Below, one piece after another: positions 24,901-38,500 of a DNA stretch of 64,000 nt. Source of the stretch: Macrostomum lignano (lineage: Eukaryota); contig NIVC01002133.1 of NCBI GenBank assembly GCA_002269645.1, positions 1 through 64,000 of the forward strand. Reading direction: 5' to 3'. Each line of letters starts with the position of its first letter. Positions within the stretch are counted from its first letter, which is position 1. The notes under the pieces were generated by a model. The model saw nothing but the letters and a program-made list of their open reading frames with translations, had not been told where the DNA came from and did not search any database. A program made the position numbers and the translations under genes.

Positions 24901-27432
24901 TGAAGTTGGCCAGGCTGGACGAGTCACCGGTGGGTGCCGCCGCTGGCAGTGAGTGCGAGCGCCCATGCCCGATGCCGCCGCCCTGCTCGGGTGTTTTGAA
25001 CGTTGAGGAACTCCATGGTATCTATGATTTCTGTGGTGCACGAACTATGCTATTTGGTGCATGTGAACATGATTTGTAAGGAGCTGGTTCAACGCTTTGG
25101 ACAACACCGTCCCACGCCTGGTGAGGCAATCCTGGTACCCACTCCACCGCCTCGCTCCGCCGCCAGCCCAGAACCGCTGCAACGCGTACTTAGGCACGTA
25201 CGAGCTGCTTCTTTAAACTCATCAACTGTGCTTTCGGGGTAGCCTTTGTGGACGTTATCGAAATTCAAAAATTTCCTGCATGGACTTCAAAAACAATACG
25301 TACCTTCTTTCTGATGAGCTCCTTAAGCATTCTTTCAATGATGAAGAACATGTAGATACCACCAAACACCGCGCAACAGCGCCACAAGTACCACGGATGC
25401 TGCGAGAGGAAGTCCTTCCATGCTGTGTGCCCAGAATTCTCAGCGTGAAACAGATGGTGCTGACGGTCGTCATTGATTAGGCTGGAGTTTGCTTTGTTTA
25501 CTTCCTCGTGCATGAAAGCCAGCTGCAGGCACTGCGGATGTTGAAATTAGCGTGAGAGAATCGTCTTGAGACGTATCAAAAAATGCGAGGGAAGAGGATG
25601 CAATACACAGGACAACAGCAGGGAAAATACTAAAGTCTAATAAGGAATCAGCATCTCTCTGTGCGTTGGTCTCTGAATTGAAAAGCTGACCCGACACAGG
25701 CATTCATCTGATCGCCATTCCCATCCAAGGTTCACTGCCACAGAATTGCGTCGTCATGTCCAACAAGAGAAGCCGCTTCAAAAAAGTAAAAACGCACACG
25801 GAATTTTCTTCATTCAAAGTGCCTTAATTAACTTGACAAACATTTCATTATTTTTTATTTGAACAGTCTCCCCCGACACTGAAACAATGTGAAGCTACAG
25901 TCAGGCTCAAGCAAGCTAACCTCTTACCGAAAAGTAAGTTTTTTTAGAGACAAAATCTCTCCAAGTATTGTGACAGGAAAATTCGCCGCTATCATAATGA
26001 AAGCTGTGTTTACTCTGTGCATTCAATTTGGAGACAATGCTAAATTCCTTATTCATAGTGGGAGCCTTGAGTCTATTGACTCTTCTTACCTGGGTCAATA
26101 TTGTATAGTCTGAGAGCTGCAAGTTTATAAAAATGGATTCAGAAATATTAAACGTACTTGGCCCTTTCAATGCAACAGAACGGTTCGAACGGCAGATGGA
26201 AACTGGAAAACAGAAAAACTTTGTGACGCGATAGAGATGATGCAACACAACAGTATCTTTCTTGCGAAACAGTTGGTGCGCTAAATTCAGCATAGATTGG
26301 AACTAACCACTTTTCATTGAATATTTTTTGAACCCCTGCCACCTTTAACTGTTTCCCGCCGGTGCATATAGCATGCAGAATCTGTTGCCTATTACTTTTA
26401 TCCCTGTCTTGAAGTTGCTCAGTCACAAAAGCTGAATAAACGAGTCAAAGATACCTTGGCGTTGTGACAATTAAGGGTGTCAAAGTTAAGGTGAATACTG
26501 CGCACAACCGATACTTCAGTTGCGACCTCCGCAGTTTATGGAGCTTCAAAAATCAGAAATTAACATTTTTTTCTCATACTAACGCCACTGTAATCCATTT
26601 TTGCACTTTTTACAACAAGCGGCAAAATCCACTACAGATTTTTAATTTTTAACAGCCAGCGCTGCATAAATGGATGCTGGATAGTCTCGATCTTCACCAG
26701 AATCTTCATCAAATAAATCTCTCCTACCAGCATTCTATACACATCCGGCCTCCATCCCCGATTTCCATTTGCAACTCACATCCGGCAGCAGGATGAGCAG
26801 GGAGGTGGCCACGAGAGATCCCACAGCCAGAGACACCATGAACGTCATGAGCAATTTGAAGAACCGCCGGCCCATGAAGGGCAGGAAGATGATGCCCAGC
26901 ACTGCGCAGAGGTTGATGAACGTCACAAACAGCAGGCCGTAGCCCCACACTGCGGGGGTTTGATGAATTTGCTTGTTGATTGGCTTGTGGTTGACTGAGA
27001 AATGCACTATCCACCATCAATTACCGTGTAATCGATTCTGAGCAGTGTGGCCGCCCCCGTGCTCACTATCGTCAGCTGCCACCAGCTGTTGAATATAGCA
27101 GTCCGGAGTTTGAACTCCGCCTAGCAGAGTTGACACCAGGTGAGTGGCGTTGTCCCGCGTCCAGGTGAGGGACTCAATGCTCTGAGACTGGCTGGGACAC
27201 TGCACTCGTCATGGGAAAGGTTTGCACGAATGATCTTAAGTCTCACCTCACTCATTTTTTTCTAATCACTTACTTCCATGACCGACGTTACTCTACTGAG
27301 CAAATTGGAGTTCATGCTGATTGACGCCAGAAATTCAGTCACATTATGGCCATGTACAATGCCATTGCGGCCGTAGAGGCTGATAAACTGTCCTGCCAGG
27401 GTCGAGATAGACTCGCCGGAATCGACCGCTGC
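21995..27432 (-). CDS. SLC39A14: ZIP8/ZIP14-like (LIV-1 subfamily, SLC39) metal transporter, paralog A; signal-peptide exon not found
   Basis: Exons 27432-27274, 27199-27025, 26949-26780, 25531-25304, 25021-24365 and 22147-21995, with consistent phases. [50 protein letters not shown] (EEXPHE signature of ZIP8/14), [11 protein letters not shown]. The symbol denotes the ZIP8/14 clade, not strict orthology. Confidence 0.9.
23455..24300. repeat. 17-bp minisatellite (GAGATCCCAACCTGTCA) in the last intron of ZIP-A
   Basis: Reverse complement of the array at 38480-39300. Confidence 0.95.
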
Positions 27433-27753
27433 CTGAGAGTTTTGTACAGTGGATACTTATAGTATCAAGGCCAGTTTAAAGCAGTGTATTATTTTTCTAG
27501 TGTATTCACAATTAAAGTTCGAAACCACGTCCAAAAATTAAATACATGTAAGCATGTAAGTATTCTGTTGCATGCTATTATCGATCCCGTACAGCAATCC
27601 GACGTCGGTGACGTCGCTAGACGCTCTCGACGTCTACAAAAAATGTGTACCTTTAAATTACATCGACGGTGTAGCGTGTGACGTCGTTATCCGCCGATGT
27701 AATCTAAAAGTTACTTTTTTGACGTTGGATTGCTGCACGGGTATGCTATACTA

Positions 27754-28478
27754 CAGGGTGGTCCAGAAAGGTCTCCCGGACTACAAACAGAGTTTTCTCT
27801 GCACTGGATTGATTGTTTGGGCTGAAACTTGACCTGCTTAAACTTTATTCTTAATAAATTTTTTGTCTAGAAATCTTAGCAATTGCTAAAAAAATCATGA
27901 AGTCACAGCAGTTTTTCTAAAAAAACACCGTTTTCACTTACTGATGTGCACATTTCATTCCAGCTTTATGACTTACACGCCAGTTGAAAGATTTATAATG
28001 GCATCCTGGCTGGATGAATTGAAGAGTCTGCACGCAGTCCTGATCTCAACCCTATGGACTTCTTTGTCTAGGGATGGGTGAAAGACAACGTCTACCGACA
28101 GCCAGTGGACAGCCTGGATGAGCTTAAGGCACGGATAACGCAGGTAATGCAGGATATGCCAGTGGACTTTGCTGTCAACAGCCTTAATAGCTTTAAGAAG
28201 CGCCTGCAGACTTGTATCGACAACCAAGGTCATCATGCATGTGGAGCACTGACTAACAGCTGCATAGCAGATTGTGCTAAAACCCGACTGATTTAACAAA
28301 AAACGATTTTTTAAAGAAAAACTGCTGTAACTTCATGATTTTTTAGCAATCGCTAAGATTTTTAGACAAAAAATATATTCAGAATAAAGTTTAAGCAGGT
28401 CAAGTTTCAGCCCAATCCATCAATCCAGTGCAGAGAAAACTCTGTTTGTAGTCCGGGAGACCTTTCTGGACCACCCTG
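27754..28478 (+). mobile_element. Internally deleted Tc1/mariner-superfamily element with transposase C-terminal remnant
   Basis: TA|CAGGGTGGTCCAGAAAGG ... CCTTTCTGGACCACCCTG|TA, TIRs of about 180 bp. From 28033 the frame reads RSPDLNPMDFFV*GWVKDNVYR (SPDLNP catalytic motif, with TAG at 28069 in place of Trp). Confidence 0.9.
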
Positions 28479-29053
28479 TAGATTAAGTGATTATACGTAG
28501 TTGCTTTCTTCGTGACAAGTCTTTCAATAACTTATTGCATTTTATTCTAAAATTTCACAGCATTCATACATTAAATTGAGATTTTTTTACTTATTAAGGG
28601 ACTTGATTTAGTTTACAAACAAATTAAAACACGTTTTAGAAAGTTTATCCATAGACGCCATACTTGGAAAACATTAATGTACGTGTGTGTACACATCTTT
28701 AAGCCAAGACCATTGCAGGAGTATACTTCGCCTAGGTTGAATTAGAAGCATGTTATTTAATGATCTTACCATCTGAAGTTAGATACACTGAACGTATAAT
28801 TCGAAAGGTAAATTAGAGTATATTCCAATAAGGGAACAATAAATTTGAATTTTGGGTTTGTTTTATATCGAAGCACTAAACTTTAATAAAACAAAGGAAT
28901 TTAATCTTAAAGACATCGAACGAAGTTAGTGATAGTAAAGTATATTTTTAGACGCTCTATTTCAAATTCTTGCAGTATATGCATTCAAGAAAAAAACTAT
29001 TATTGTTTGCTTAAAAACGTACACGTAGCTACATGACGCAACTAGTGTATGTA

Positions 29054-29771
29054 CAGTATTAAAACAAGGACGACTTAAGTAGAAGGACGGGAAACCTCGT
29101 TTCTTAGAAAATTTTTGAAGGCACTTTTTCCCGAAAAAATACACTGCGGAGATAGGAAATTTTCATTTTTCAGCACAAAAATTGCTATAACTTTTGATAG
29201 GAGGCAGATCCAGTGTTGATCTTTTGATATGTTGTGCCTTTTTTATTGCTCTATCGATATTTATAAAGCTTTCCGTTCAGAAAATTAGGATTCTATGTTA
29301 ATTTTTTATTCTACGTATATTTCCTGTATCTAAAAATCACAAAAATGCATGACACAGCTCTAATATTTGATTTTATGAATCTATTTTATCCTCTATGTTA
29401 CGACTATTTGCTATACAGTCAGGTAAGAAGGATAAAATAGACTCATAAAATCAAAGAGCCAAGCCGTGGCATTCTAATGTATTTCAAGCACAAGACACAT
29501 GAAAATATACGTAGAATAAAAAATTAACATAGAATCCTAATTTTCTGAACGGAAAGCTTTATAAATATCGATAGAGCAATAAAAAAGGCACAACATATCA
29601 AAAGATCAACACTGGATCTGCCTCCTATCAAAAGTTATAGCAATTTTTGTGCTGAAAAATGAAAATTTCCTATCTCCGCAGTGTATTTTTTCGGGAAAAA
29701 GTGCCTTCAAAAATTTTCTAAGAAACGAGGTTTCCCGTCCTTCTACTTAAGTCGTCCTTGTATTAAAACTG
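29054..29771. mobile_element. Foldback MITE (Tc1/mariner-type ends), almost entirely palindromic
   Basis: TA|CAGT ... ACTG|TA. Near-perfect inverted arms of about 270 bp (29054-29323 vs 29501-29771) plus an inner inverted pair (29368-29393 vs 29429-29454). Confidence 0.9.
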
Positions 29772-30402
29772 TAACTTTGCACTGTCGGCTATTATTTATT
29801 GCTAGTAATTTAGAGACCATAATTTATTTCGAGTAGGAAGGAAATTAGAAGGTAATGCTACTGGTTATGAAGTTTTATGATAGACTATACAAAAAATGCA
29901 TGCTGTATATTTTCACCTTCGTCCTTCAAGGTCAAAGTAAACTTGTGGTTTAATCTTTTACAGAATACATTTTAACACATGTAATCAATACTGTAACGCG
30001 AAAGCTAGAGAAATATAAAAAAAAACAAAAAATCGGTTGACAAGTGACGTCTGTATTTTGTTTTAATATTTCATATGCGTCCACCACATTCACCGGCGAA
30101 TTTAATTTGTAAGTAAGTAAACATTAATTATTAAGTAAACATATATTATTCGTGTTTTTCGTATTTATTCAGATTACAATATTTGTTGGTAATAATATTA
30201 CTGACTGAAATCATACGGTTGCTTCCTACATTAGTTGAATTGAATGTTTTCAGTATAGAAGAGTAGCTCCAGCAGTAATAGTTTAAAGAGGCACTTCACT
30301 GATTCACTCAGCACATCACGCTACGAGTCTACGACCACGTGGTGTAGGCCTAGGCGTGGGTGTGTCACTGCGTGTGGAGTATCATAGTTGTATAAGTACA
30401 AG

Positions 30403-30594
30403 CAGTGGCGTAGGGAGGGGGGGGATCAGGGGGGATGTATCCCCCCCCCCGAAGAGCCTGACCAAAACTTTTTTGTTGCACTTTTTCGCTATACATGCTA
30501 CCATGTGAGCACTTTTACCTTGGTGTATCCCCCCCCCGTAGGAAATTCACCTTGGTGTATCCCCCCCCGTAGGAAATTCCTGGCTACGCCCCTG
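30403..30594. mobile_element. 192-bp hAT-type MITE
   Basis: CAGTGGCGTAG ... CTACGCCCCTG termini with a perfect 8-bp TSD AGTACAAG (30395-30402, 30595-30602) and an internal direct repeat CCTTGGTGTATCCCCCCCCGTAGGAAATTC. Confidence 0.88.
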
Positions 30595-30984
30595 AGTACA
30601 AGACAATCAGATAAATGGTATGCGCTTAACTAGGATAAAATTATCATTCTATGCATACTTTGTCGAAGTAAAAGTAAAAAAAATTGTGCATTCAACACAG
30701 GACCATATAAATTGAATCATATATTATATATTAAGTCAATATCAAGTCAACAATTAGTTTATTATAAATTGCATTTTAATTAAATTGATGGAAGCATGAG
30801 ACAATAATCTATACAATTGTGGCCTCAGATTTTTTTACTGTGACTGGCTAGTATAGCATTATACTATAGTAAATTTTTAAAAGGCCAGAAAGACAGTCAT
30901 ATCAATTGATAAATTCTGACTCAATTGCCTGTATTTAATAATCAGTTGGAATAAAAGTCGGAATGATATTTAGACTCTTGCAAT

Positions 30985-31351
30985 GGGTCTCCCTAAAACA
31001 TGCCCCACTACACATTATAACATTTTTTGTTAATGCAGTATTTGATTGCAGAGAAAAGTATTTGTTGTAAGAGTAATGGAATAAATAAATTCAATTATCA
31101 TTCTAAATAATAGCATTATTTTCATTTTCTTGTTTCTATTATAAAATTATAGTATTATTATTTTACTAATATTACTATTTATATTGCTTATTATTCACTG
31201 AATTGTATATTTAATAGTAAAAAAACTAAATTCGATACAAACTTAAAGCTTAACAGAGAACTAACTAACTTTGAAATGTCTTCAGTTATAGCCAAATTTG
31301 TTATATTGTATAGTGGTCCAGGGCAGCATGGGACATGTTTTAGGGAGACCC
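30985..31351. mobile_element. 367-bp MITE with GG termini and 8-bp TSD (possibly Merlin- or hAT-like)
   Basis: TIR GGGTCTCCCTAAAACATG ... CATGTTTTAGGGAGACCC with TSD CTTGCAAT at 30977-30984 and 31352-31359. Confidence 0.8.
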
Positions 31352-31670
31352 CTTGCAATGTATTAAATTATCAGTTGGAATAAGAGACAGAGTTGGAATG
31401 ATATTTAGACTCAAATTGCAATGTATTAAAAAATCAGTCAAAATAAGAGTTGGAATGATATTTAGACTCTTGCAATTGTATTTAATAATCATTTGGAATA
31501 AGAATCAGAATATTCTAACTATTATTCTGCCTTGTAATTTAACTGCATTATGAGTCAGAATAGGCCTAATGGTTTTTAATATTCCAAGTTGGACAAAGTT
31601 TAAAAGGTGTTATTTAGGTAAATCTAGTTTATAGCTCAAAGTTTTCTAGGCTTAATGTTGGTATCTTTCA

Positions 31671-31673
<3 letters not shown>

Positions 31674-31722
<49 letters not shown>

Positions 31723-31757
31723 TTCTCTTTCTCTCTCTCTTTTTTTTCTCTCTCTCT
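31674..31757. repeat. (CT)n microsatellite
   Basis: Seen directly. Confidence 0.9.
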
Positions 31758-32540
31758 ACCAATATTGTTCTATGTGAAAGCCTAGTAATTTAATTCATTT
31801 TTGTCTATTAATTTATTAATTATTGACCAGACTGAACCTATTCATTACAATTTTCGATTTGTTTTATTTAAATATATAGAATTGTGGACCATGTGTACTT
31901 TGTACAAGCCTTGAAGATTTTAATATTTGTGTCAAAATGCATTGGCTATAAATTTACTTGTATATTGGTGTTAACATTATTTTTTAGTACTTATTAAATG
32001 AGCATTGTTACCAGATGTCTAGTTATCTTTCCTTAGATAATATTGATGGTAATGGTCATCTGAAAGCTATGGCTATTATAACACTCGATAAAAGCTTATA
32101 GCATTATATAATTTAAGTTTTGTATTGATAGGGTTTAATAGTTTTTATCTTAAAAAAGATTAGACCTTGTCTATATTTTGGTGTCTTTCCTTAAATTTTA
32201 TAATAGGTCATAGCCTCATAGGATATAGCAAATATTATAAAGCAATAAAATATTAGACAATATTATTGCTTGATATTATATTTATTAACTTCTATTTACT
32301 TTTAATTGATAGATAAGATGGTTTTTGTCATTTGATTAAATAGAATTTATTTAGCATTATTATTATAACACATTTATGATTTATATAATTTATTAGATAT
32401 AGTTTTCATTTTTTATGAATTAGTTATAATCTATTTAGGCCTATTATATAGTGATGAATCATAAAAGATAAAAATATGTATATTTATTAAATTTATATTT
32501 CCTTTAAATGAAACTAATGCACCTATATTAAATTGAAATA

Positions 32541-35500
32541 ATGCATGATTCAACAATTATGAATTTTGAAAATTCAACTATAGCTCTAGCTAATAAATTC
32601 ATAGAAATCTATGGCTACAATGGAACTGTCTATGGAAAGAATATTACTGACTTTCTGTCTGGAATCACAATGAGCACTACTATGCTTAGTCGGCTATCAA
32701 TACAAGAACAGGTAAGAACTGAAATAATGAGTATATATGCCAATAAATTTAATTTTTCATTAGTGCAAAAGGTATAGAAAATTTTAGTGATGAAATTTGC
32801 TATAAATGTAATTCTTCCAAAATATGATTTAATTTAAAGTTTTAAATAGTTAGTTACACTTGTATAGCCAGACTATCGCCATCTACTCTACCCTCTCTAC
32901 CCTCCCACAGTGTCCTGTCCAAGTGGACAGTCTTCGGCTGCTGCAATGGACTGAGGCCAATGCCAGCAGTCTGATCTCTACTGTGCTGGGTGGCGTTCAA
33001 ACTCCTGCCTGCTATTCCAGGGCTTCATCAGCTGCTGCCGAGTTTGCAGCCGCCTCTGCCACAGCTGCAGCGCATGACAGGGAAACAAATCCCCTTCATG
33101 GTAATCTCTGACGCCAAAAATCTCTCTTTATAGTCAATATATTTTTGGATCTCAAGTCCACAATTTACGATCCCAAAACCTCTACTCGCTGATCGAAATC
33201 CGAAAATTCGAATTGCCATTGTGATGAAGCTTAAATAATCATTGATCCTAAAAATCCTTGATCTTTATGAAGCTTCTAGAGTCCCTGATCCATCAAAAAT
33301 CCGCCAACTTGATGAAGCTTTAACAATTCCCAAATCGTCGAAAATCCCCCATATTGATGAAGCTTCTAGAATCCTTTATTCCCAAAAAATCCCCCATATT
33401 GATGAAGCTTCCAGATTCCTCTATTCCCAAAAATCCCCCATATTGATGAAGCTTTTGAAGAGTTCGCTTTTTCACACTAGAGAGAGGGAAAGAGAGAGAA
33501 AGAGAAGAGAGAGAGAGAATTATGTATAGTGTCTAAACGCTCGAACTCCCACTTCCAGACCCTAAGCCTGGGAACAAAATTTAGTTATCACTTACTGTTG
33601 CGGGCTCCTCTTCTTTTTTGGGCAGGTTCTCCGAGCTCGTTTCTTCGATTTCTCTTCTTTGTCGCGCGCGTCTGTAGAGCTTGTCTTCGCAGATCTGTTC
33701 CTCCCGGGGTGGTCTTCTTGAAGTCTAGAATCGGCCGAAAGTGAGAGTGTAACAATTAAATCGACGTCGCAGTATTTTCTCTAGTGCAGAATCAATATAT
33801 TCCTCGAGTGCCGAAATCAATATATTCCTCGAGTGCAGAAATCAATATATTCCTCGAGTGCAGAAATCAATATATTCCTCGAGTGCAGAAATCAATATAT
33901 TCCTCGAGTGCCGAAATCAATATATTCCTCGAGTGCCGAAATCAATATATTCCTCGAGTGCCGAAATCAATATATTCCTTGAGTGCCGAAATCAATATAT
34001 TCCTTGAGTGCCGAAATCAATATATTCCTCGAGTGCAGAATTCAATATATTCCTCGAGTGCCGAAATCAATATCAACGATGCGCCCTAATAACAAAATCA
34101 ACTTCTATAACAATACAAGGTCCTCCAGAAAGGGCGTCTTCTTCTAGAACTAACGGAATCGGAGTCGTGTGCTCCTATCGGTTAATCTAGGATAATCCAA
34201 AATCAATCACTTGATAATCCTCTAAGGGTATCGGAATCGGTCCGCAGATCCTATCCAAGCCCTTAGGAAAATGGGAGGCCTCAAATTCAATGAACTCAGC
34301 CAAATCAGCTGATCAGTAACGGCCGGCAATAAAATCGCTCTCAATAATCCAAATAACAAAGGCTCGAACACGGCTTACCGAACGGTATTGATTCCCTCAG
34401 AGATGTAGCCTCGCTTAGCTGCTCCAGCAAGCTTTGAGATCTTTGGTGGCTGCTCCGAGTCTGGGATTTCAGCTCGGATTTTGATTTGTATTTATAGGCA
34501 AGTTTTCATTATATCAATAGTAACGTGATTCATTTTTCATCATAAGTTTTACGATAAATCATCTTTCATCATAAGTCGCAACATGATTCATATTTCATAA
34601 GTCGTAAAATGATTAATCTTTTATCAAAGTTTTGCTACCCATGTTTACGTTAGTCTACTTACAGTAGTTTTTTATGAATAATGGTGCTCTACACTTCCAG
34701 AATCCTCTATTCTCAAAATTTCCCCATACTGATGAAGGTTCAAGGATCCTTTATTCCGAAAAAATCCCCCATATTCACGAAGCTTCCAGAATCCTCTATT
34801 CTCAAAAATCTCCCATATTGATGAAGCTTCCAGAATCCTTTATTCCCATCTTGGTGACGCTTCAGGAATCACCGATCCCCAAAATATTTCCATCCTGCTA
34901 AAATTCTGTATTACTCAACAACCAAGTGCCGTAGAATCATCCACCATATTTATGAAGCCTTAAATCCCTGTGGCCTTTTATTATCATACCGATCTTAATA
35001 TTCATGAAATCGTTTGCTACGCGATGCCACACCCGCAGTGTGGGGCTACGGCCTGCTGTTTGTGACGCTCATCAACCTCTGCGCAGTGCTGGGCATCATC
35101 TTCCTGCCCTTCATGGGCCGGCAGTTCTACAAACTACTCATGACGTTTATGGTGTCTCTGGCTGTGGGATCTCTCGTGGCCACCTCCCTGCTCATCCTGC
35201 TGCCGGATGTGAGTTAGGGATATTGGGCTGGGCTGAGGGGGAGATGGGAAAGAGGAGACTGGGCTGAGAGGGAGATGGGGAAGAGGAGACTGGGCTGAAG
35301 GGGAGATGGGGAAGAGGAGACTGGGCTGAGAGGGAGATGGGGAAGAGGAGACTGGGCTGAAGGGGAGATGGGGAAGAGGAGACTGGGCTGAGGGGGAGAT
35401 GGGGAAGAGGAGACTGGGCTGAGGGGGAGATGGGGAAGAGGAGACTGGGCTGAAGGGGAGATGGGGAAGAGGAGACTGGGCAGAAGGGGAGATGGGGAAG

Positions 35501-38500
35501 AGGAGACTGGGCTGAAGGGGAGATGGGGAAGAGGAGACTGGGCTGAAGGGGAGATGGGGAAGAGGAGACTGGGCTGAAGGGGAGATGGGGAAGAGGAGAC
35601 TGGGCTGAGGGAAGATGGTTATTAAATGGGGTCAGGACTAAAAAGTCTCATAAGTCTAAGGAGACAGCGAGAGGATGATAAATATGACAATGAAAATCCA
35701 GCTGCAACTTTAATCAGCCATGCTCACCCACCTGATGCACTGCAGTCTCTTCAGTTGGCCTTCATCCACGAGGAAGTGAACTTTGCCAACTTCAGCCTGG
35801 TGGAAGAGCACCACCACCACCTGTTCCGGGCAGAGCGGCCCAGCCACGCCACCTGGGAGGATTTTCACTCTCAGCATCCCTGGTACCTGTGGCGCTGTTG
35901 CGTGGTGTTCTTGGGTATCTACCTGTTCTTCTTGATTGAACGGCTGCTCAAAGAGCTCATCAGGTGGAAGGTGAGGGCTAAGGGTTGTCTTGGGAGGGAA
36001 TTTATTCCCCTTGCAGGTACCCACTGACCCTCACTGTGGATATCAGATCCCTGAGTATATTAGATCCCTAAGTGTATCAGATCCCTGAATATATCAAATC
36101 CCTGAGGATGTATCAGATCCCTGAATATATCAGATCCCTGAGGATGTATCAGATCCCTGAATATATCAGATCCCTGAGGATGTATCAGATCCCTGAATAT
36201 ATCAGATCCCTGAGGATGTATCAGATCCCTGAGGATGTATCAGATCCCTGAGTATATTAGATCCCTAAGTGTATTAGATCCCTGAGTGTATCAGATCCCT
36301 GAGTTTATAAAATCCCTGAGTATATCAGATCCCTGAATATATCAGATCCCTGAGGATTTATCAGATCCCTGAGGATGTATCAGATCCCTGAGGATGTATC
36401 AGATCCCTGAGTGTATCAGATCCCTGAGTGTATCAGATCCCTGAGGATGTATCAGATCCCTGAGGATTTATCAGATCCCTAAGGATGTATCAGGTCCCTG
36501 AGGATTTATCAGATCCCTGAGTATGTATAAGGTCCCTGAGGATGTATCAGGTCCCTGAGGATGTATCACATCCCTGAGTGTATCAGATACCTGATTATAT
36601 CAGATCTCTGAGGATATTGGATCCTTCAGTATGTATTTTTAAAAACCAATTAATTTGTTGCTATACTTCTCAAAGTATGCAATTTTTCAATAATAATTCA
36701 GCCGGCAATATGCAACTGTTCCATTAAGCGATTATCAACCACTTGTATCAAGCCTCTATAATTATTTGTTGATATTCAATCGAACCTTAGCAACCGGTTG
36801 CCACGGACGCCACTGGCGCAGCTGCCGCCGCCTCCGCAAAGCATCAGCACAGTCACCAGCAGTCCAGGGAGCGACTCCCGTCCTGCAGCATGAACATCGA
36901 GCGGAAGCCGACTCGCTCTGACAAGCAGATACGATACGCCAGGCCCGACGGCAGCCGCGGCTGCGCGCGCTGCGGCAACGACGACTTCGACAACGCCTTC
37001 GCCGAGGAGTCGACGCCGAAGCTGGTTCTGGAAGTCGAGGCGGCGATGCTGCCTAAGACGGTTTGTGTCTCCGGGTTGTTTGAATGAGCGGCTGTTTTGG
37101 TTTCTGAGGCTGCGGGGATCCTGATCTCCCCTGGCTGTGGGATCTTGGGAGTCATAGGCTGGGATTTTGAGATTCATAGGCTAGGATCTTGGGAGTCATA
37201 GGCTGGGATTTTGAGATTCATAGGCTGGGATCTTGGGAGTCATAGGCTGGGATTTTGAGATTCATAGGCTGGGATCTTGGGAGTCATAGGCTGGGATTTT
37301 GAGATTCATAGGCTGGGATCTTGGGAGTCATAGGCTGGGATTTTGAGATTCATAGGCTGGGATCTTGGGAGTCATAGGCTGGGATTTTGAGATTCATAGG
37401 CTGGGATCTTGGGAGTCATAGGCTGGGATTGTGAGATTCATAGGCTGGGATCTTGGGAGTCATAGGCTGGGATTTTGAGATTCATAGGCTGGGATCTTGG
37501 GAGTCAGAGGTTTTAATTTTGGGAGTCATAGACTGGGATCTTGGGAGTCATAAGCTGGGATCTCGGGAGTCATAGGCTGGTATTGCGGGAATCATAGGCT
37601 GGGATTTCGGGAATCATAAGCTGGGATTTTTAGAGTCGTAGGTTCGGATTTTGTTACACGTAGTCATAGGCTGGGATCTTGGGACTTGATATCACCACTA
37701 TCTTTTCCCATTTGTACACTTTGCAACTGGAACCATTTTTGCTCAATAAAAACTGATTAATAAATTACAGATTCATAAATACAGCAAAGCAAAATGCAGG
37801 TAACAATATGCTCATACTATATTTATAACGGACAGTTTAGTAATTTTCTGCTTTCGCGTCCTACTTCCCGCTCTGCTTATTCTAACGGACCATTTTCTAA
37901 GAAACCCTACCTACGCCCGCCGTCCAGGGCGGCCAGGTCGGCAGTTCGCAGCCGGACACGGTGGCTCCCTCGAGCGCCGCGGCGTCAGGTGACCACAGCG
38001 TCAGCCTGGCGACAAACTGCAGCGCCAAGGCTCGCCCGGCCGACGCCGCCACCGCCGCAGTTGCCGATGAAAAGAAGCTGACAAGGAACGGCGGCCTCTG
38101 CGACGACCGCGACGGCGTGTCAACCCGGCTGGCGAAGGTGCAGCCGGTGGCCTGGATGATTCTGCTCGGCGACGCGCTGCACAACTTCATCGACGGCCTG
38201 AGCATCGGGGCGGCCTTCACCCGGTCGACTCTGAGCGGCGTCAGCATCTGCCTGGCGGTGCTGTGCGAGGAGCTGCCGCACGAGCTCGGCGACTTCGCCA
38301 TCCTGCTGTCAGCCGGGATGTCCATGCCGATGGCGCTGCTGTGCAACTTCTTGTCCGCCTGCACCTGCTACCTGGGCTTTGCGCTGGGCGTCTGGCTGGG
38401 AGAGACCGGCGCCAGCGTGTGGATCTTCGCCGTCGCCAGCGGCATGTTCTTGTACATCAGCCTGGTGGACATGGTGAGCTGCGTTGGGATCTCTGACGGG

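Noticed and set aside
27433-32540. Metal-response elements (TGCRCNC) in the shared ZIP upstream region
   Set aside because: I noticed only one match, inside the mariner remnant, which is not above chance.
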